From the NCBI GenBank assembly GCA_964388845.1, contig CAYMCD010000001.1, positions 36,556 to 98,312 of the forward strand: a stretch of 61,757 bases of DNA, read 5' to 3'. The notes under the pieces were generated by a model. The model saw nothing but the letters and a program-made list of their open reading frames with translations. It was not told where the DNA came from and searched no databases. Each line of letters starts with the position of its first letter. Position 1 is the stretch's first letter. Source of the DNA: an uncultured Verrucomicrobiota bacterium. GTDB lineage: Bacteria > Verrucomicrobiota > Kiritimatiellia > CAIVKH01. The translations under genes were made by a program, and so were the position numbers. Positions 25,120 to 36,100 of the stretch are shown piece after piece.

Positions 25120-26114
25120 GCGCGCGCGCGGTCTGCATCACCGGCGTGGCCGGATTCCTGGGTTCATCGTTGGCCCGCCGCCTGATGGGCGAAGGATGGT
25201 CCGTCAGCGGACTCGATAATTTCAGCCATGGCGGCCCGCCGCGTGTGGCCGAACTGGCGAAGCAGGGCGACTTCCGTTTTCTCGAGGGCGATGTCCGGGA
25301 TGCCGGCGCGATGGCGAAAGCCGTATCCGGCTGCCGGCACGTCGTCCATCTCGCGGAGGTCAAGATCCCTCGGTACGGGCACGCGCTCGAAACCCTGGAA
25401 GTGAACGTGTCGGGGGTTGAAGTGGCGCTGGAGGCGGCGCGCGCCGCGGGCGCCGCCTTCGTCCTGGGCTCCACGGATGAGGTGTATGGCAAAAACCCGG
25501 ACGCGACCCTGAACGAGGAGGGCGCCCTCGTGATGGGGCGAACGGACTCGAGCCGGTGGAGCCTCGGCGTCTCGAAACTGATGGCCGAACAACTGGCGCT
25601 CGCCTTTCGCGACGAATACCAGGTGCCCGTCACGATCCTGCGCTTTTTCGGCTTGTACGGGCCGGGCCAGGCCACGGACTGGACCGGCGGCCCGCAGGCG
25701 GTTTTCGTCACCAACGCCTTGCAGGGGAAGCCGCTGCCGATCCACGGCGACGGGCTGCAAGTCCGCACGTTCACGCATATTGACGATGCGGTGCGCGGCG
25801 CCATGCTGGCGCTCGAGACGCCCTACGCCCGCGGGGAAATCGTCAACCTGGCCGGCCGCGACCATGTCAACATCATCAACCTCGCCTATATGATCTGGCG
25901 GTTGAGCCGGAATCCGGCGAAACCGGCGCTGGAATTCACGCCCTATTCTGATTTCACGCGGAATTACGAGGACGTGCCGCATCGGATCGCCGACGTCACC
26001 AAGGCGCGCTACCTCCTGGGGTTCGAACCGCAGGTCCCGCTGGAGGCCGGATTCGCGGCCACGGTCGAATGGCAATCCAGGGCCCTGGCACTTCCGTTGG
26101 GTCCCCTCGTGTGA
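25116..26114 (+). CDS. Extended-SDR epimerase/dehydratase paralogue lacking the canonical catalytic Tyr, 332 aa
   Basis: ORF 25074..26114 trimmed to the ATG at 25116 (ATGA overlap). Motifs ITGVAGFLGSSL and GSTDEVYG. The YxxxK position reads LGVSK (nt 25563-25577: ctc ggc gtc tcg aaa). Confidence 0.8.
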   Translation: MSARAVCITGVAGFLGSSLARRLMGEGWSVSGLDNFSHGGPPRVAELAKQGDFRFLEGDVRDAGAMAKAVSGCRHVVHLAEVKIPRYGHALETLEVNVSGVEVALEAARAAGAAFVLGSTDEVYGKNPDATLNEEGALVMGRTDSSRWSLGVSKLMAEQLALAFRDEYQVPVTILRFFGLYGPGQATDWTGGPQAVFVTNALQGKPLPIHGDGLQVRTFTHIDDAVRGAMLALETPYARGEIVNLAGRDHVNIINLAYMIWRLSRNPAKPALEFTPYSDFTRNYEDVPHRIADVTKARYLLGFEPQVPLEAGFAATVEWQSRALALPLGPLV

Positions 26115-26857
26115 ATTCGGAACGGCAACTGCTCTTTGTCGTGCCGGCCTATAACGAGGAGCGCAATGTCGCGCGGCTCCTGGATTCCATTTGCTCGCTC
26201 CGGATCGAGGGGTTTCGGCCCTCGCTGTTGCTGGTGAATGACGGCAGCACAGACCGGACCCGCGAGGTAATCCTGGGCTATGCGGACCGCCTGCCGGTCG
26301 CGGTCGTTGATCACCCGACCAATCTCGGCGTGGGGCAGGGGTTCCGCACCGGTTTTGCCGCGGCGCTGGAACGGTTGTCCGATGGCGATGTGATCGTCAC
26401 GATCGAGGCCGACAACACCAGCGATCTCGGGATCCTGCCCGCGATGCTCCGGCAGCTCGACGACGGGAGCGATGTATCCCTCGCCTCCTGCTACGCGCCG
26501 GGGGGCGGGGTCAGGGGAACGACCTTCATCCGGGTCGTGTTGAGCAAGGTGGCCAACGGGATTATCCGCGTCTTGTGCGGCGTGTCGGAGGTCCACACCT
26601 ACAGTTCGTTCTATCGCGCCTACCGCGTGGGATCCCTGCGCCGCGTGATGGCGCACTACGGCAACCAATTCATCGAGGAGCCGGGCTTTGTCTGCATGGT
26701 GGAAGTGGTGGCGAAACTGCACCGCCGCAAACTGCGGCTGACGGAAGTCCCGATGGTGCTCGACGGGGCGCAGCGCAAGGGCGCGAGCAAGATGAAGATT
26801 CTCCGCACCATCCGGGGCTACCTGACGTTCGCCTTACGGCACCTGTTCAGCCGCTGA
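26111..26857 (+). CDS. GT2 glycosyltransferase, DPM1/polyprenyl-phosphate-sugar-synthase-like, soluble, 248 aa
   Basis: The GTG at 26111 gives a GTGA overlap with the SDR stop; the in-frame ATG at 26069 is the alternative. Motifs FVVPAYNEERNV, LVNDGSTDRT, IEADNTSD and a C-terminal amphipathic KILRTIRGYLTFALRHLF. Confidence 0.8.
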   Translation: MNSERQLLFVVPAYNEERNVARLLDSICSLRIEGFRPSLLLVNDGSTDRTREVILGYADRLPVAVVDHPTNLGVGQGFRTGFAAALERLSDGDVIVTIEADNTSDLGILPAMLRQLDDGSDVSLASCYAPGGGVRGTTFIRVVLSKVANGIIRVLCGVSEVHTYSSFYRAYRVGSLRRVMAHYGNQFIEEPGFVCMVEVVAKLHRRKLRLTEVPMVLDGAQRKGASKMKILRTIRGYLTFALRHLFSR

Positions 26858-27847
26858 ACGCGCCAGCGCGGCGACGGCTTCGAGCTTCAGCCGCGCATGG
26901 CGTTCCGCGGATCCGCTTTCGCGCATGGCGTGGACGGCCGCCGTCCCGATTCGATGTCGGTCCCCGGCCTCGCGCCAAAGACGCGCGATTTCCCCCGCAA
27001 GGCCCGCGGCATCGCCCGGTTCAACCAGCAGGCCGGTTTCACCGTGGACGATGTGATCCACTGTGCCGGGCGATCGCGTGGTGATCACGGCTTTGCCCAT
27101 CGCCATCGCCTCCAACATCACCACCTGGCCGGTCGCGCGTTCGGTGTCGAGCAGGGGCAGGGCGACCAGTCGGCATCGGCGGAGATAGTCCAGATACTGT
27201 TCGCGCGAAATCTCGCGCAGAATTTTTACAGAGGGTGGAATTTCCAGACCTTGGAAGTCGCCCGACCCACAAATTACAACGATTGGAATTTCGGGGATGC
27301 GGCGCGCCGCTTCCAGCAGGGTGGGGTAGTCGCGCAGGGTGCGGCCGGCGGACAGGACGTAACCGTCGTCGGCGGTTTCCATGCGCGGTTCGGCGATGTT
27401 GGTGTTCAGCGGCACGTAGCGCACGCGGGCGCGGTCCAGGCGATAGCGGTGCGCCACGGTTTCCACTTCGGCCGAGCTGTTGGTGAGCATCCCCATGGCC
27501 CGCCGCGCGACCATGCCGTACAACCGGTTCTTGATCCGCCAGCCGGGACCGGCGCGCGGGGCATCAATAAACACTTCGCACATGATTTGATTCGCCGCGC
27601 GCCCGGTGAAGAGGCAGAGCAATCCGTACGCCATTGATTCGCGTACCCCCATCGTGACGACCACCTCGTAGCGCGGGGCGCGCCGCCACAGGGCGAGGGC
27701 CTCGCGCCACCAGGGCATGAAATCGGGATCGCGCCGTCCGGACAGGTCATAGATGGAATCCACGGCCCGCATCCACGTCTCGCTCTGCCAGAAGGCCATG
27801 TTGGTGAGGATGCGCATGGCCCGAGAGATTCCAAAATTGCGGGACAT
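26834..27847 (-). CDS. GT4-like glycosyltransferase, 337 aa
   Basis: ORF 26834..28072 trimmed to the ATG at 27847 (MSRNFGISRAMRILTNM...; alternative M11 at 27817). C-terminal motif ATGQVVMLEAMAMGKAVITTRSPGTVDHIVHGETGLLV. The 3' end overlaps the convergent GT2 by 24 nt. Confidence 0.75.
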   Translation of the reverse strand: MSRNFGISRAMRILTNMAFWQSETWMRAVDSIYDLSGRRDPDFMPWWREALALWRRAPRYEVVVTMGVRESMAYGLLCLFTGRAANQIMCEVFIDAPRAGPGWRIKNRLYGMVARRAMGMLTNSSAEVETVAHRYRLDRARVRYVPLNTNIAEPRMETADDGYVLSAGRTLRDYPTLLEAARRIPEIPIVVICGSGDFQGLEIPPSVKILREISREQYLDYLRRCRLVALPLLDTERATGQVVMLEAMAMGKAVITTRSPGTVDHIVHGETGLLVEPGDAAGLAGEIARLWREAGDRHRIGTAAVHAMRESGSAERHARLKLEAVAALARSAAEQVP

Positions 27848-27874
27848 CCGGCAAGCCGCTAAACTGACGCAACG

Positions 27875-28765
27875 ATGACAACCGCTCTCTCCATTGCCGT
27901 TCCCACGTACGGTCGCGACGCGGTGTTGATTGATACGATCGAGCAGGTTGTGGCCGCGCGACCCCCGTCGGCCGAGGTGTTGGTAGTGGACCAGACCGCC
28001 GACCATGCGCCGGCCGCGCAGCAACGTTTGCGGGCATGGAACGACGCCGGGGAGATCCGTTGGTTGATGCACCAGCCGCCCTCCCTGACCGGGGCCCGCA
28101 ACCGGGCGCTGGGCGAGGCGCGCGGCGACGTGGTGCTTTTCCTGGACGACGACATCCGCGTGTCGCCCCAGCTATTTCACGAACACCTTCGCTGGTATGA
28201 CGACTCCACGGTGGCCGCCGTCACCGGGCAGGTCTGGAATTGCCTCGATCCCGACCGGGCGCCGCCGCTCGACCATCCCGAACAGGGCACGCGACCCCAC
28301 TCGGACGTGCGGGTCGTCTGCGACGCGCGGAACATCAGCGGCGGCAATCACAGCGTCCGGCGTTCCGTGGCGCTGGGCATCGGCGGGTATGATCCGGCGT
28401 TTCGCGGCTCGGCCCTGGGCGAGGACCTGGACTTTTCCCAACGCCTGCTGCTGGCGGGCCATCGCATCGTTTACAACCCCGCCGCGTGGATCATTCACCT
28501 CGGCGTTGAAAGCGGCGGCTGCGCGGTGGGGCGGGGCAGTCCCTGGCCGGAATGGAACCATTCCTCCGGCCTGCTGCTCTGCGCGTTTCGCCACGGCCGC
28601 CGCCAGGGTAATTTCCGACGGCTGTTCTGGATGGCCCTGCGGAATGGCCCGCTGCGCCGCGAGGCTGTGGTGAATCCCTTGTCTTGGCCCGGGGCATGGG
28701 CCGGTTTCATTCGCGCCGTCGTCCATGCCGTGCGCCATAGGAAGTATGTGGCGGGAGGAAAGTAG
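27875..28765 (+). CDS. GT2 family glycosyltransferase, 296 aa
   Basis: Motifs LSIAVPTYGRDAVL, VVDQTADH, FLDDDIRV and LGEDLDFSQRL. Confidence 0.8.
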   Translation: MTTALSIAVPTYGRDAVLIDTIEQVVAARPPSAEVLVVDQTADHAPAAQQRLRAWNDAGEIRWLMHQPPSLTGARNRALGEARGDVVLFLDDDIRVSPQLFHEHLRWYDDSTVAAVTGQVWNCLDPDRAPPLDHPEQGTRPHSDVRVVCDARNISGGNHSVRRSVALGIGGYDPAFRGSALGEDLDFSQRLLLAGHRIVYNPAAWIIHLGVESGGCAVGRGSPWPEWNHSSGLLLCAFRHGRRQGNFRRLFWMALRNGPLRREAVVNPLSWPGAWAGFIRAVVHAVRHRKYVAGGK

Positions 28766-28833
28766 ACCGAAGACCATAGACTGTAGGATGTAGACTCGAA
28801 TCAACCAATCAACGAATAAACCAATCCCCAATC
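28763..28833 (+). promoter_or_regulatory. AT-rich intergenic region with phased short direct repeats (candidate operator/promoter for the GT2-synthase/giant-gene unit)
   Basis: TAGAC occurs at 28763, 28777 and 28791, an exact 14-nt phasing. AACCAATC occurs at 28803 and 28819, and CCAATC again at 28828. GC is much lower than in the flanks. Confidence 0.3.
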
Positions 28834-28842
28834 GCCACCCCC

Positions 28843-30003
28843 ATGCTCCACGCCCTGTTCTGGCTGTCTCTGGCCGGTCTCTTCTACATCTACCTCGGTT
28901 ATCCAGCCCTGGTGGTGCTGCGGGCCCGCCTGTCGCCCCGTCCGGTTCGCAAGGCTCCGTTCCGGGCGCCGGTGAGCGTGGTCATCTCGGTGTACGGCGA
29001 GGCCGCCAAACTGGGGCCCAAGTTGCGTTCCCTGCTCGACGGGGCCGACGCGGATCTTATCCACGAGATCCTCGTGGGCTCCGATGGATCGCCGGACGAC
29101 GTGGCTTCGGCTGTGGCGGACGCGGGGGATGCGCGGATACGTCTCTTCGCCTTTCCGCAGCGCCGCGGGAAGCCCAGTGTATTGAATGACCTCATGGCCC
29201 TTTGCGCCGGCGAGATTGTCGTTTTCACCGACGCCCGGCAACCGGTCGACCCGGGGGCCTTGCGCGCCCTGCTTTCCAATTGCGCGGACCCATCGGTCGG
29301 CGTTGTGTCAGGCGAGCTGGTGTTCGTTGAAGAGGAGGGTTCGACCGCCGCCGCGCGCGGGATAGACGCGTACTGGCGGTATGAAAAAATGATCCGGGAC
29401 GCCGAGGGCCGGATCGGGTCGGTGCCCGGCGCCACCGGCGCGCTTTATGCGATCCGGCGCGAATGCCTTCGCGCGCTTCCCGCGGGCGTCCTCCTGGACG
29501 ACGTGGCGATCCCTTTCATGGCCATTTTCCAGGGGAAGCGGTGCGTGTTTGAAGCCGAAGCAAAAGTTTATGACGTCATTGTGCGGGATGCGGGGCGCGA
29601 GGCGGTGCGCAAACGCAGGACGATTGCCGGCAACGTGCAACTTCTTCAATATTGGCCGTCCCTATTGAACCCGTTCAGGAATCCCGCATGGTTCGCTTTT
29701 GTGTCGCACAAAATCGCGCGGTTGATTTCGCCGTTCCTCCTTTTCGCAATACTGATCGCAAACGCGGCTCTGCTCGCATCCGTGAAACCGTTTTACTTGA
29801 TAGCCTTCGCGCTTCAGATTTCATTTTGGTCGGCTGCATTGATCGGTTGGGTGGCCCACCGCATGGAAAAGTCATTCGGATTTGTGGGTGTACCATTCAT
29901 GTTCATCGCGTTGAACATCAGCACATTGCTGGCCCTGTCCGACGCCCTTCGTGGGCGTTATTCGGTCAAGTGGACCCGCTCGGACGGAGAAGTCGCCGCA
30001 TAG
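28843..30003 (+). CDS. Membrane-embedded GT2 (COG1215 / PgaC-BcsA-like synthase architecture), 386 aa
   Basis: N-terminal TM helix, then the GT2 core (VSVVISVYGE, VGSDGSPDD, VFTDARQ, LLDDVAIP). An R-K-R-R-T-x-x-G motif (RKRRTIAGN) sits where processive synthases carry Q-x-x-R-W. Three or more C-terminal TM helices follow. Confidence 0.75.
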   Translation: MLHALFWLSLAGLFYIYLGYPALVVLRARLSPRPVRKAPFRAPVSVVISVYGEAAKLGPKLRSLLDGADADLIHEILVGSDGSPDDVASAVADAGDARIRLFAFPQRRGKPSVLNDLMALCAGEIVVFTDARQPVDPGALRALLSNCADPSVGVVSGELVFVEEEGSTAAARGIDAYWRYEKMIRDAEGRIGSVPGATGALYAIRRECLRALPAGVLLDDVAIPFMAIFQGKRCVFEAEAKVYDVIVRDAGREAVRKRRTIAGNVQLLQYWPSLLNPFRNPAWFAFVSHKIARLISPFLLFAILIANAALLASVKPFYLIAFALQISFWSAALIGWVAHRMEKSFGFVGVPFMFIALNISTLLALSDALRGRYSVKWTRSDGEVAA

Positions 30004-30027
30004 GTTCGGGGCCGTTTATATAGTTTA

Positions 30028-30056
30028 TTGCTGGCGAGGCGATTAGGCGCGAAAAT
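30028..30056 (+). promoter_or_regulatory. Candidate sigma70-like promoter upstream of the giant ORF
   Basis: TTGCTG (30028-30033), a 17-nt spacer, then GAAAAT (30051-30056), within an AT-rich ~100-bp gap. This is sequence resemblance only. Confidence 0.2.
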
Positions 30057-30106
30057 GGCCTGCAATATGCTGTTGAATCAGGTATACGAGCGGACGCCGC
30101 AATGGT

Positions 30107-33100
30107 ATGAATAGAGCTGGTGACATTTTGAAAGGTTCCGCAATGAAGTTCAGCCGTCCTTTCCCGTCCAGACGGTTCGTTTTTTTCAACCCGGCGATCC
30201 TGCTGGCGGCGGCGTTCTTCGGCTTCCTGATGCCCGCGCACGGGACGTTGTATTACCTCAACGATCTCAGCATGAGTGGCGACGTGTACGCCGGAGCGGT
30301 CGGCAGCGATGCGAACGACGGATTGGCCCCCGCGACGCCGAAACTGACGTTCACGAATTTGCTGGCGACTTACAATCTCGTGGCGGGCGACGTGGTCTAC
30401 ATTGACACCGGCACGTACACGAACTACAGCACGACCATCACGAATGCCGGCACGGGCGGCAGCCCGATCATTATCCAGGGGAGTACGAACTATCCCGCGG
30501 GAGGGACGGTCTTCGACCGGCGCAGCAGCTCGTTCAACGTGATCACGCTGTTGTCGGCGCGCAACATCAACCTCCACGACCTGACGCTGCGCGGCGGCCA
30601 GAACGGGTTTGGCGCGAATGCGATCACCAACGTGATCCTGGACCGCGTTCTGTCGGTCAGCAATTCGAGCGGATTCTTTCTCGGCAATTCGTCGGTGGTG
30701 TTCCTGCGTCGGTGCGCGTCGGCGCGCAATTCGGTGGGGCTGGACGTGCCGAGCGGCGGCCCTATTTACTGGGATCAAGGGGTGATGTGGAGCAACACCA
30801 CCTCGATCAACATCCCGGGAACGGTCAGCGTCAGCAACAGCGTGATCGTGGGCGGCATATTGTACTCCTCGCTGAGCGCGCGCCCGCTCGATTATACGAT
30901 TCTCTGGAATGTGACATATCCGGGCGGGGCCGATTACCTGTCGGATTTTATCGCGGCGACGACCAACGACGGCCGCATCGCGGTGGTGGATCCGCTGTTC
31001 GCGAATCCGGCCGGATTTGATTTTCACGTGAGCAGCGTCGTAGGGCGCCACAACCCGGCCACGGGCCTCCGGGTGACGGACCTTGTGCATTCGGTAGCCA
31101 TTGATTTCGGCAATCCGGCCCTCGCGTATACGAACGAACCGGAGCCGCGCGGCGAGGCCATCAACGTGGGGCTCTTCGGTCATCACCCGGAAGCGAGCCA
31201 GAGCCCGACGAATCCCTGGTATTTCGCCTATTCCTACAACGATGGCGGCACGTTGACCGGGACCGGTTCCCTGCGCTGGACGTATGGCGCGGTATCGAAC
31301 GGGACCACGGTGCGTCTGCAGTATTCCACCGACAGCGGGACGTCCTGGTCCAACATCGCGTCCGGCCTGTCCGTGACAAACCGGCAGCACACCTGGGTCG
31401 CCACCGGCACGGTGTCTTCGCTCAACATGATCTGGAGGGTGCAGGACGAAACGCTGACCAATGTGTGGGACCGCTCCGACAGCAACTTCACGCTCAAAGC
31501 CTCGGCCGGCGTCACCTTCACGGCCTATGTCAACGATACGACCACGGCGGGTGATGTGTACTGTTCGGCGGCCGGGTCCGCGGGTAATGACGGGTTGAGT
31601 CCCGCGACGCCGCGGACCGACCTGCCGGGCGTGCTCGATGCCTACGATTTCGGGCCGGGCGACGTGATTTATGTGGACACGGGCCTGTACACCACGCGTG
31701 TTGCCATCGCGGCGGCGGATCGCGGGTCGGGCGGGCTGCCCCTGATGATCATCGGGAGCACGAATCTGCCGGCGGGAGGCAGCAACATTGACCGCGGCGG
31801 CGGCTCGGTGGATGGCATTTCCATCGGTTCGAGCGCCAATTTTATCCACCTGTACAACCTCACGGTGCGCAACAGCCGGTACGCCATTGACCAGTTCCAG
31901 AGCCAGGCCTGCGAGTTTCATGACATGCGGATGTACAGCAATCTGAACGGCTATCGCGGGGTCACCGTGTTCAGCAACCGGTTGCTGCGATGCCTCGCGG
32001 TGGGGAATGGCGTCGGTTTCGAGTGGTCGGGCGGCGGGGCCAACCTGCTCGATCTCTGCGTGTCGTGGAGCAACACGTCCCACCTCGGTTTCGGTGGTTC
32101 CGGGGTCGGCGCCGTGAGCAACACGATCATCGGCGGCGGCGGCACCGCGTTCGGCGGCGCCGCGGCGCCGAGCAACTCGAACCATCTGCTCTTCTGGAAT
32201 GTCTCCCTCGGCGGCGGTTTCATCAGCCTGTACGATTTTCAGAAGAGCCGGAACGGTTCCTGGCAGAGTTCATTCGGCGATCCCGCCTTCGCCGGGCCGA
32301 CCAACCTGCCCTATTACCTGTCGAGCACGGCGGGCCGTTACGATCCGCTGACGGATTCCTTCGTGACGGACGCCGTGTATTCGGCGGCGATTGATTTCGC
32401 CGATCCGCTGCGTCCGGTCGGCGATGAAACCGCGCCGAACGGGAGCCGGGTGAATGCGGGCATCCACGGCGGCACGGTGTTTGCGAGCCGGAGCGCGACT
32501 TCCTTTGTGCTCCGCGCGCTTTCGCTCCAGGACGGCGGCCAGCTGTCGGTCGGCGACAGCGTCTACTGGAGCGCGGTCAACGCGCCCACCGGCGCGACGG
32601 TGCGGATCGAGTTCTCCGGCGACGGCGGATTCTCGTGGAACACCGTGGCGACCAATCTGGCGGCCACGAATGGCGTCTATGCGTGGACCTCGACCAATCA
32701 TCCTTCGTCCACGCTGGCGCGGTGGCGCGTCGTGTACGAGAGCGATCCCCTGGTGCTGAGCGTGCTCGGAACGAACTTCACGTTCCGGAACGGCCCGTTT
32801 CTCTATTACCTGAACGACAGCAGCACGACGGGGGACCTCTACACGACGGCCGCCGGCAGCGACGCCAACGCGGGTTCTACGCCGGCCTCGCCCAAGGCCA
32901 CGTTCACCAATCTGCTGGCCACGGTGGACCTGGAACCGGGCGACGTCGTTTACATTGACACCGGCCGGTACCGGTCCTCTGTGACCCCGGTGATCACCGT
33001 CTCGGACTCGGGCGTGGCGACGAACCTGGTGATTTTCCAGTTCAGCACGAATTGGGTCGCCGGCGGCGCGATCCAGGACCGGTTGGCCGCGGGGATCGGG

Positions 33101-36100
33101 TTGGATTTCGCGTCGGGCTCCGGCCATGTGGATATCCGCAACGCGGTGATGACCAACTGCACGGTCGGCGTGCGGGTGACGTCGGCCACCGGCGTCCGTT
33201 TGACGGGCGCGCGCTTCGCCCACATGAAGGAAAACGGAATCGTGCTGGTCGGGGCGGTTTCGGCCACGGTCGAGCGGTGCGCGGTCTATCTGAACGCCAC
33301 CAACGGCTTGTCCGTCAGCGGGACCTCCTCGGCGCATATCCGTCATTCGGTGTTCTGGCGGAACCGGGGCGCGCAGGTGGCGGTGGACGGCGGCGTGGTC
33401 TCGATCACGAACAGCATCCTCGTCACGGCGGGCTCGGGCGCGCCGGTCTACCGGGTGGCGACCGCGACCAACATCCAGGCCAACTACAACGGCGTATTCG
33501 CGGAATCGAACGCGGCGATCGCCGCCGTGGGCACGCTGGCGGAGGGCCTGGACACGCTTTCCGCCTGGCAGCACTGGACGGGGCAGGACCGGTTGAGTCT
33601 CGACGCCGACCCGTATTTCGCCGATCCCGTCAACGGGGATTTCCACCTGAAGACGCAGACGGCCGAGGGGCGCTACGACCCGCTCTCGGGGCTGTTCTTA
33701 AGCGACCCCGTGACGTCGCCGATGATTGACGCCGCCGATCCGGGCTCAGGGTTCTCCAACGAACCCGCCCCTAACGGATCGAGGGCCAATATCGGGATGT
33801 TCGGGAACACCTCCGAGGCGAGCCGCGGCCGGACGGCCGCGTGGCTGCTGGCGGCCTCGCTCCGCCAGGGCGGCTGGGTCAAGGGCACGGCCACGCTGCA
33901 CTGGGTGGCGGGCAATTTGGCCACCGACAGCCATGTCCGCGTGGATATCTCCCTCAATGGCGGCCACTCCTGGCAGACGCTGTCCACGGGCGTCGTACTC
34001 GCGGCCGAATCCGTCGCATGGGACACCACGGCCACCAACAATACGCCCGCCGGATTGTGGCGCGTGGTCAGCCTGGCCGACACAAATGTGTCCGATTCGA
34101 CCACCAATTTCTTTGCCGTCCGCAACGCGACCCTGGCGCTCTACCTGAATGACGCCGCCACCAGCAACGATACGTACACCTCGGCGGCCGGCGCCGCCAC
34201 CAACTGGGTGGCCACCGCGGCGCAGCCCCTCAACTCGCTCGCGCTGGCGGTCTCCCGCTTTGACCTGGAGCCCGGCGATGTCCTCTATGTGGATGCAGGA
34301 ACCTACGCCGAAAATGCGAACATCGAATTCACCCGCCTGGATGGCGGGCTGACGAACCAGCCTGTTTTGATCCTGGGTCCGACCAATGGCTTCCGGGCCA
34401 TCCATCAGCGCGGGTCCACCGCCGTGGGATCGGTCGGCGTCTCTTTCTCGGGTACTCGCGCCGTGGCGCTGTCCAACCTCGTGTTCCATGGCGCGCGGGT
34501 GGGGGTGCAGGTGGATTCATCCGCCCATCTTTCGCTCGGCATCGGCGCCACGGCCAACAGCTCGAACGGCTTCTCGATCATCACCTCGACCAACATCAGC
34601 CTCCGCCGCGTGTTCTCGTCCGCCAATGGCGGTCGCGGGCTCTTCCTGGGGACGAACACGACGGTCGTCCTCGAACACGCCGTCCTATGGAGCAACACCC
34701 TGGGCGGCCTGCAGCTCCGGTCGGGGACGGTGGAAATCAGCAACAGCGTGGTGCACGCGACGGGAACGGGGCGCTATGCGTACGAGCTGAACGCGACGAC
34801 AGACGTGCTCCGCGCCAATTTCAACAACGTCGTCATGGAGTCCTCCGCGCAGGCGATGTTGCGGGCCGGACAGGCGCTTCGCTTCCTGTCCAATGTGCGT
34901 TCCACTCTGGGCCAGGAACTCAACAGTTTGAGCCACCCGCCCGGCTTCGCGGATTCGGGCGCCCTCGATTTCTCGCTGGCGAGCGAGGCCGGCCGCTTCG
35001 CCCCGGGTTCAGGGATCGTGACGGACGGGGTGACTTCGGTGATGATTGATTCGGGGGATCCGGCCCGTTCCGCCGCGGTCGAACCGGCGCCGAACGGCGA
35101 ACGGGTGAATATCGGGCTCTACGGGCAGACGGACCGGGCGAGCTTCAGCCGCACGAATGCCTGGCTGCTGGCCGTGACCCTCAATGACGGGGGTGTTGTC
35201 CGGGGCACGAACGCCATCTACTGGGTGGCGGGCGGCGTCGCGACGGGGCACCTGGTGACCGTCCAGTTCTCCGCGGACGCCGGCGCGACGTGGACGAATG
35301 TTGCGACCAACCTGACGGCCGCCACGGGGATCTACACCAACTGGGATACCACGGTGCACGGATCAACCTTGCTCGGCTACTGGCGCGTGGTCAGCGAGAG
35401 CGACACGAATGTCCTGGACGTCACGGATGCGCCGTTTGTGTTGAACAACGGGGCGCTGACGTACTACGTCAACGACGGTTCGACGAACGGGGACGTATAT
35501 GCCACCGCGCCCGGAGCCTCCCTCAACGACGGATCGCTTCCCAGCGCGCCGGCGGCGTCCGTGGAGGAAATCCTATCCCGGTACGCTCTCAACGCCGGGG
35601 ACCGGATACTGATAGACACCGGGACTTACTCGCTGAACGCCACCTTCCTCGTGGACGGCACGATCGTCGGATCCGCCACCAATCCCATCGTCTTCCAGGG
35701 CAGCACGAATGTGGCGGCCGGCGGGACGGTGTTTGACCGGAACCAGGGCGACACCGCGATCGAACTGCGGGGCGCGGTGGGCCTGAGCCTGCGTGATCTC
35801 GTTGTCCGCCGGGCGCGCCGCCCCTTTTACGTCAACGGCGTGACCAATGTGTCCTTCGAACACGTGGGCGTCGAGGGCGGCAAGGATTTCCTGACCCAAC
35901 CCTTCGGCTATGAAATCCAGAATTCGTCAACGGTGCTGCTGAACCGCTGCGCCGTTTACGGGGTCACGAATGCCAATGGCGTGGCCATCCGGGCATCCAC
36001 GGTCGTCGGATTGCGCCTGCTCAACTGCGTTTCATGGTCGAACCAACTGGCCCTGGAGGTCATCTCCAGCCAGGCGGTGGTCTCCAATTCCACGTTTTCG

